From the human T2T-CHM13v2.0 reference genome, Homo sapiens: a stretch of 64,000 nt of DNA. A model generated the notes under the pieces. It had not been told where the DNA came from, searched no databases, and worked only from the letters and a program-made list of their open reading frames with translations. The stretch lies in assembly GCF_009914755.1 (NCBI RefSeq), contig NC_060926.1; one strand, given 5' to 3'. Shown piece after piece: positions 55,006 through 64,000 of the stretch (position 1 is its first letter; the number at the start of each line of letters is the position of its first letter). A program made the translations under genes and the position numbers.

Positions 55006-55696
55006 GAGATAGAATATTTATAAAGAACCGTCATTTCTGAGAACATAAAACAATTAAAATTTGGCTCCTTGCCTGTAATTATTTTTTCTGCCACCCAATT
55101 TCTATTTACTTGGCGTAAGTATTTATTTCTGTTTAATTATATAAATGTTATCTACTGACCTAAGACATTAAATTGCCTTTTCTAAACCTTTATTACTTAT
55201 GTATAAGAACCGAATGTTATTTTGTTTTTCAGGGCTATGGAACATTTAATTAAGAAAAGACTTCCATCTTGTTCCCAGAGGTGTTTATGACTTAATGGAT
55301 ATAAATGGGTGCCAGCATTATGGGTGCTGCCTGTTATCATGTATTATAATACCAGGGAATGATTGCAAGAGATGCGCAATAGGTATCCAACTACATACAT
55401 GAAATTACAAAAAGACTGCAATTTAAAACGGAAATATAGACATGTTAAAAATATCAACCATTTCCTAGTCATTATTGCTGATTAAATTTCAAAAATGAAT
55501 AATGCTGAGAGAACTTATAGACCTGCAGACAACAGATCCTTTATTATTAGAGAAAAAAATATTGGATCAGAATGAGCAAATGCCAGCTTGTATGTGCAGA
55601 TCAAACCCGTGAATCCAAGGCATAATTTCAATTTCTCAACACAATGTATGAAAGGATATATAGGCTAGCTTTATTTTAAACATTTAAAAGAGTTAG

Positions 55697-56018
<322 letters not shown>

Positions 56019-57183
56019 TAGTTTTCATTGATGTTAAAAAGCTAATCAAATAATTGACAAAAATCTTCCTCAGGTACAATGAGACAACCTAACTTTGACT
56101 ATGGTGTAAGAAAAAATGCCACAGACATGATAAATTGAACATAATATTGCATGCTTTACAATTTTGTAGAATTTTATGTTTTAACTCTTCCACTAAGCTT
56201 CCATTAAAGACTTTTTTCACCTTTAAAGTAATAAAACATAATAACATCTAGTGGTTGCTTTCTCCCTTTTCTGAAAGTCATACACATTTGCACAGAGAAA
56301 ATATGAAAAAAGAAAAGGTAGAAAGTCATGTTTGTAATCTGAACAGCTCAATTATTTTAGAATAGATAAAAGATAATTTATATACTTAGAATCATGGTGA
56401 ATAAGTGATAGTGAACTTAATTTAAAAATACAAATAGTTTATCTAAACCAAACATCTAACATTCATCTCTCATATGTTTGACAACCAAACTACTAAATAA
56501 CTCCAAACTTAACCTCTCCAAGAAGCCTCAGGTATAATTGAGCAAACACTTTGTACATCTTTAATAATTAAGCATGCTGCAATCTCATTGGTATAGGTAA
56601 AATTTATTAAAAATCCCAACAACTCAAAGCAATGACTAAAGGCACAACTTGAGTGACTCTACATAGGGAAGTAGAAAAATATTTAGAGGATTTAGTCCTA
56701 AAATATAGTTGCAAATGCAGGAGAGGTGCTTCTTTTTTTAACGGAATTATCCAGATTGAATATCTATATTAATAAAAGACATCAAGTGGTTCTTAGTTTC
56801 ACGGGTACTCTAAGAACCACTCTATTTGGCCTGCTCCAGGTCTGCATATGAAAACTTTAGCCCAAGGCATGTATCTGAATTACTATCCCTATAGATTGGA
56901 TGCTTTAGGAACTCATTAATTTAAATCTTCTAACAGACTGCCAAGTGTTGAGAGGTAACTCACTTTTCAAAAAAAATGACCATTAAATTCAAGCCTTTGA
57001 AAAATGGAATTCTGCAAACTATAGTTGACACATAATGAATAAATACATAGAAAAAGTAATTGGAGAAAAACAAAACAAAATACAAGAGGGAACATCTATT
57101 ACAGTGAGTAGGATAACAACTAGTTTTTCATATTTGTTTCCTTTGACAATGATGCTAATTAGTTACTAAAATAGAATCTGGAG

Positions 57184-58152
57184 AGTGAACAGGCAATCTA
57201 CAGAATGGGAGAAAATTTTGGCAACCTACTTATCTGACAAAGGGCTAATATCCAAAATCTACAATGAACTCAAACAAATTTACAAGAAAATAACAAACAA
57301 CCCCATCAAAAAGTGGGCAAAGGATATGAACAGACACTTCTCAAAAGAAGACATTTATGCAGCCAAAAAACACATGAAAAAATGCTCATCATCACTGGCC
57401 ATCAGAGAAATGCAAATCAAAACCACGATGAGATACCATCTCACACCAGTTAGAATGGCAATCATTAAAAAGTCAGGAAACAACAGGTGCTGGAGAGGAT
57501 GTGGAGAAATAGGAACACTTTTACACTGTTGGTGGGACTGTAAACTAGTTCAACCATTGTGGAAGGCAGTGTGGCGATTCCTCAGGGATCTAGAACTAGA
57601 AATACCATTTGACCCAGCCATCCCATTACTGGGTATATACCCAAAGGATTATAAATCATGCTGCTATAAAGACACATGCACACGTATGTTTATTGCAGCA
57701 CTATTCACTATAGCAAAGACTTGGAACCAACACAAATGTCCAACAATGATAGACTGGATTAAGAAAATGTGGCACATGTACACCATGGAATACTATGCAG
57801 CCATAAAAAATGAAGAGTTCATGTCCTTTGTAGGGACATGGATGAAGCTGGAAACCATCATTCTCAGCAAACTATCGCAAGGACAAAAAACCAAACACCA
57901 CATGTTCTCACTCATAGGTGGGAATTGAACAATGAGAACACATGGACACACGAAGGGGAACATCACACAGCGGGGACTGTTGCGGGATTGGGGGAGCGGG
58001 GAGGGATAGCATTAGGAGATATACCTAATGCTAAATGACGAGTTAATGGGTGCAGCACACCAGCATGGCACATATATACATATGTAACAAACCTGCACAT
58101 TGTGCACACGTACCCTAAAACTTAAAGTATAATAATAATAAAAAAAAGAAAA
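57184..58152 (+). mobile_element. 5'-truncated L1PA (about PA3)
   Basis: ORF2 C-terminal 247 aa open; perfect 16-bp TSD AAAATAGAATCTGGAG at 57168-57183 and 58153-58168. Confidence 0.96.
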
Positions 58153-58158
58153 AAAATA

Positions 58159-58630
58159 GAATCTGGAGGACATTATGCTAGATGAAATAAGCCAGGCACG
58201 AAAAGATAAGTACTGTATTAACTCATTTATACGTGAAATCTAAAAAAGCCAAACTCACAGAAGCAGAGAGTAGAATGGTGATTGCATGGGGCTGGGGGAT
58301 GAGAAAAATGGGGAGAAATTGGTCAAAGGGAATAAACTTTCAGTTTTAAGATGAATCAGTTCTGGAGATCTAATGTACAGCATGGTGACTATACTTAATT
58401 GTACTATATTGTTTACTTGAATTTTGATAAAGAGCAGATTTTAACTGCCTTCATCCCACCCCCTACACACACACACACATACGGTAATTATGGGTGGTGA
58501 TGGCTGTGATAATTAGATTGCAGTAATCAGTACACAATGTATACATAGGTCAAATCAAGGTGTATACCCTGAATATATGCAATTTTTGTTTGTTCATTAA
58601 ATATTTCAAAGTAAACTAAAACAATAAAAA
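58159..58630 (+). mobile_element. Old L1MA/MB 3' end
   Basis: 'ctggaggacattatgcta...gaaataagccaggcac...gagatctaatgtacagcatggtgacta'. Confidence 0.75.
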
Positions 58631-59554
58631 TCCGTGTTTCAAAACATTTTCTGCATGCTGAATACTGTTGTTATTCTTTTTTTTTTTTTTTTTTTTTTTG
58701 GTCTCTGTTGGTAAAAACGATGTATATCCTGATTTCTGTGTTCTTCATCTAATTTACTCCCTTGAACTTCACTTGTTTTAGGCAATGACTTTTAGGAAAA
58801 TGGCCTTTACGATGCAAGCAGTAGCTTAAGCGAGCTCAGGGTGCTAAGTTGTGGTGAATAAATTTTGCACTTAAATTCCAGTTGTGGAACCAAGTATTAA
58901 AAATAAATAGGTGATTCAAAAAGCTTGCCAACACTTCATATTCTTTAATGCTACCAAAAATCATTGACAGCTACAGGATAGGGAACTGAGTTTTTTGTTT
59001 GTTTCTTTCATATTTCAATGTTTCTGACTTTATTCCCTGAAGCACTCATTAATCTGGCTTTAGTATATTCAGAAAACAACAACAACAAAAAGAATAAAGA
59101 AAAATTCTTTGTAATATCATTCTATTTTCCTGTCTGAGACTGAGAATTCCAGGAGGTAATTGAAGGATATGTGAACCCTCTATTCAGGGCCTTCAGAAAA
59201 GCCTCAAAAAGACCCCCCTCCTTGGGCAAGAAGAGACAACACTATCTGGGCAAGGGCAGCTGAGCATTGAAGTTTATCCTTTTGGCATTCCCCAACCTCA
59301 TTATGATTCCACATGTTAACTTCTAGTTAACATTTTCCCACTTGAAAGCAGAATAAAAGCATAAAAAATATTCTTGGGCTTCAAATAGCTCTTGCCAAAT
59401 ACATTTTTAAATTTCAGTATCAGTACCTGAATGAGATAACAAACAAAAGTGGAATAACTCTCCAAAATATAAGTGAGTATATGTAGGAAAATGTGTTTCT
59501 TGTATTTTTATTTCAACATAAAATCACAGAATTTGACAACAAGAAGTTACTTTA

Positions 59555-59919
<365 letters not shown>

Positions 59920-60889
59920 TTACAGATAAGTTAAGCAAAACATGCCAAGCCCCACAGCTACTTCATTCATTAATTTGTGTCCATTCATTCATTCATTCAT
60001 TCACTTTACTCACTCACTTATCCCTTTAAAGAACACTTAAGGACAGCCCCTCTGTGCTCGCAGAGCTAGGTGTGGTATGCAGTGATGAGATGAACGAGAT
60101 GGTCATGGTTCCTTGCAGTTTGGTGGGCTAAACTAGTCTAACTGTTTGATGATCTGAAACTTGAAATCAGACAGCTGTAAATGAAGACAGACTCCAGTGA
60201 GTGCTACAACAGAGGTACAAACTAAAAATTGATACTGAAGTCTGGACAAAAGAAAATGGGTGTGCTCTAAGATATGGAAATTCAGAAAGACCAGCTGGGG
60301 TTTTGAATGAGTTAATCTAGGATTCAACGTGGAAAGGAGAGTACACTGGGAGAGAAAGTTGGTAGGTGAAGAGTCCATTGTCTTGATAAGATTCTGTGCT
60401 TTCCGTTTTAAATACTGGGGAGTGACAGAAGATTTACTTCTAAAGACAACGAGGAGGAGAAAAAAGTTGTATCTTATTTTTGCCTAATTGTCCGCTGGGG
60501 CTGAAGGGGACACCATGCTCCTTGAAATCCCTTTTGATTACCTTTAATTCATCAGTTCGCTGCCACGAAATTGGAGCACCCTCAAAAGATTTCCACAAGG
60601 TTAGCTTGCTTACAGGAGATCAACCCTGACGTAAAACTCAGTCACTTCTTTGGTTTACATAGAAAAATAAATCATTCATTTCAAGTCTTTGAGTTTAGCA
60701 GGTTATCTGAATACCTTTTGGTGAAACGGGGGGGTGGAGATGGGTGGGGGGTATTTACCTATTTACCATTACCCTTTTCCTCTTTAATCTTTCAACTCCA
60801 CCTCATCTCTCACCTACTCCCTCCTGGCTAGTCCTTGACCTCTAAATTCTCTTCTCTTTATCATGTAGAACTGTTTCTTTGCTGAAGTA

Positions 60890-61367
60890 CAGTCATACAC
60901 CTCATAATGACATTTCTATCAATGACAGAACGCATATATGACTGTTCCCATAAAATTATAATACTGTACTTTTACTGTAATTTTTTTAATGTTCAGGTAT
61001 CTCTAGACTCACAAATACTTACCATTGTGTTACAATTGCCAACAGTATTCAGAACAGTAACCTGCTGTACAGGTTTGTAGCCGAGAAGCAATGGGCTACA
61101 GCATATGGCCTAGGTGTGTAGTAGGCTATGAGGATTAGTAATGTTGTTCATTTCTTCATATGTCTGTGGGCCACTTGTATGTGTTTTTTGAGAAGTGTCT
61201 GTTCATATCCTTTGCCCTCTTTTTATTGGGGTTGTTTTTTCTTGTTGAGGTGTTGCAGTTTCTTATAGATGTGTGTAAGCGCACTCTATGTTTGCAGAAT
61301 GACAAAATCACCTAATGACTCAATTCTCAGGATGCATTCCTGTCTATAAGCAACACGCGATTGCACT
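60890..61367 (+). mobile_element. Tigger3/Golem element interrupted by an L1 fragment at 61129-61270
   Basis: Same family as 40866-41222; termini cagtcat...gcactg. Confidence 0.78.
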
Positions 61368-61892
61368 GACACCAACCTAGACCGGGAAAGGGAGTGTGGG
61401 ACGGTGCTTGAGAGCCCAGCTCCAATCCCAGCTCTGCTCCTATTGATTGTGTAAATTATGCAACCACTAGGAGGCTCCATATCCTTGCCCATAAAATGGG
61501 GAAAACAACAGTACCTATCTCAGGATTTTTGGAAGGGTTTAAACACATACAGCTTACAAAGTCTAAAACACAGGAAGTGCTCAATGAATACTTTTGTTGT
61601 GTTACTGTTACTTCTCCAAACACTTATCAATGTATGTTTAAACATAATTACCTTTAAAAAATCTGTGCTATTTAAAATCTTTTAAATAACTATGTAAGTA
61701 ATACACATGCACAGTTTGCCTCTTAATGAAAAATATCTGCCTTCTGCCCCACATTTTCTAAAGTGTGATTCCCTTCCCAAACTAACTTCTCTTTCTTCCA
61801 GTATACTGTTGTTTATTGATCACAAATGTGAGACATTGCTGCATTATAAAGAATGAGGTTTTTAGCACTTCAAATTATTTATGTATTATTTA

Positions 61893-62882
61893 CAATAATT
61901 TTGGCTTTTATTTCAGATTTAAGGAGTGCATGTGCACCTGGGCTTACTGCATGACACTAAGGTTTGGGGTATGAATCTTATCACCCAGCTAGTGAGCATA
62001 AGACCTAATAGGTAGCTTTGTGAGCCCTTGGACTCCCACCTCTCTTCCTGCTCTAGCAGTCCCCAGATCTTCCCATTTTTTATGTCCATATGTACCCAAT
62101 GTTTAGCTCTTACTTGTAAGTGAGAACAAGTGGTATTTGGTTTTATGTTCCTGCCTTAATTCACATAGGATAATGACCTCCAGTTGCACCCATGTTGCTG
62201 CAAAAATATAATTTCATTGTTTTTTTATGGCTGCATAGCATTCCATGGTATATATGTACCACATTTTCTTTATCCAGGGTAAACAGAAAACCTACAGAAT
62301 GGGAGAAAATCTTCACAAACTCCAACATCCAACAAAGGTCTGATATTCAATATCTATAAGAAACTGCAATAACTCAACAAGAAAAAACAAATAACCCCAT
62401 TAAAAAGTGGGCAAAGGATATGAACAGACACTTCTTAAAAAAACACGTACAAGTGGCCCACAAACATATGAAGAAATGATCAACATTACTAATTCTCACA
62501 GACATGCAAATCAAAACCACAATGAGATACCATCTCACATCAGTCAGAATAGCTATTATTAAAAGGCCAAAAAATAGCAGATGTCAGGGCTTGAAGGAAA
62601 GGAACACTTAGAAACTGTTGATGGGAAAAATACATTAATTCAGCCACTGTGAAAAGCAGTTTGGAGGTTTCTCAAATAATTTAAAACTACCATTCAACCC
62701 AGCAATCCCATTGCTGAGTATAAACCCAAAGGAAAATAAGTCATTCTGCCACAAAGACACATGCACTTGAATGTTCACAGCAGCACTATTCACAATATTT
62801 CCTTTACCTACAATTTGTTCTTACCGATTTAATTTTTACCATATGCGGATGGAATCACCCTAGGTGCTCATCAATGGTGGAT
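61893..62882. mobile_element. Old L1PA (about PA13-16) with 5' inversion: minus 3' end to about 62276, plus segment 62277-62882
   Basis: The plus segment ends '...catcaatggtggat', exactly where the minus segment begins ('tggataaagaaaatg'), which is twin-priming geometry. Confidence 0.8.
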
Positions 62883-62884
62883 TT

Positions 62885-63491
<607 letters not shown>

Positions 63492-63719
63492 ACCCACTCC
63501 ACTTTCTCTACCTCTTCTCAGAATTGTTATATCACAATTTTGGGCAAATGAATATTTAGTGTTTGCCTTGTTGTGATCAGGTAATTATTGTTCAGTAGGG
63601 ACTACATTGTATATTGTAATATTTCCTTTACCTAAAACTTGTTTTTATTGATTTAATTTTTGCCTTATGCAGCAGATTGACTTATTGTTCATTCAATATT
63701 CATTCTTTTCTATATCCAT

Positions 63720-64000
63720 AGGAAAAAATCTACTTTTCTGCCCCTTAACTTTGAGTTTGGCTGCATGACTTGCTTTGGCTAAGGGGACGTTAATCAATGA
63801 AATGCAAGCAAGAATTTGAAATATGCCTGTGTGGTGGACTTGTCCTCTTTGTGCTTATGCCTGCCATTGCCCTGATAAGAACATGCTCTGAGGCTAGACC
63901 ACTGGTTCAAGTGGGGTTGAAAGACACACAGAACACCCAGATCCAGAAACGCCTGCCTAGCCTAGGTAAGCTGCTCCCCTGACCCCACTGTAAAACAACC
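63720..64000 (+). mobile_element. Old MaLR LTR (MLT1-type), partial
   Basis: 'gcatgacttgctttggctaa' is typical MLT1 text. Confidence 0.5.

Overview
This is primate (human-like) genomic DNA covering the middle and 3' part of SPHKAP (SKIP, a type I PKA-anchoring protein of the AKAP3/4/11 family) on the minus strand. Eight coding exons are recovered with GT/AG boundaries and compatible phases (exons 4-11, numbered from my recollection of the 12-exon gene), including a 3,751-nt giant exon. The first three exons and the last exon lie outside the window. The rest is intron, rich in L1, Alu, MaLR/ERV LTR, Tigger/MER5, L2 and MIR repeats. No prokaryote-type system is present. The most notable observations are: (1) inverted L1 3' ends tightly bracket the giant exon, a likely back-splicing scaffold for circSPHKAP; (2) an antisense full-length L1PA3/4 has an intact, extended ORF0 with a phase-0 donor in frame with SPHKAP exon 4; (3) a spliced-integrated L1 (SpIRE97/622 type) has a tail converted into a TA-rich array; (4) a locally templated inverted L1 copy sits inside a Tigger3; (5) perfect hairpins and exon-like relics lie around exons 8-9. 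Repeat subfamily calls are by eye and approximate.
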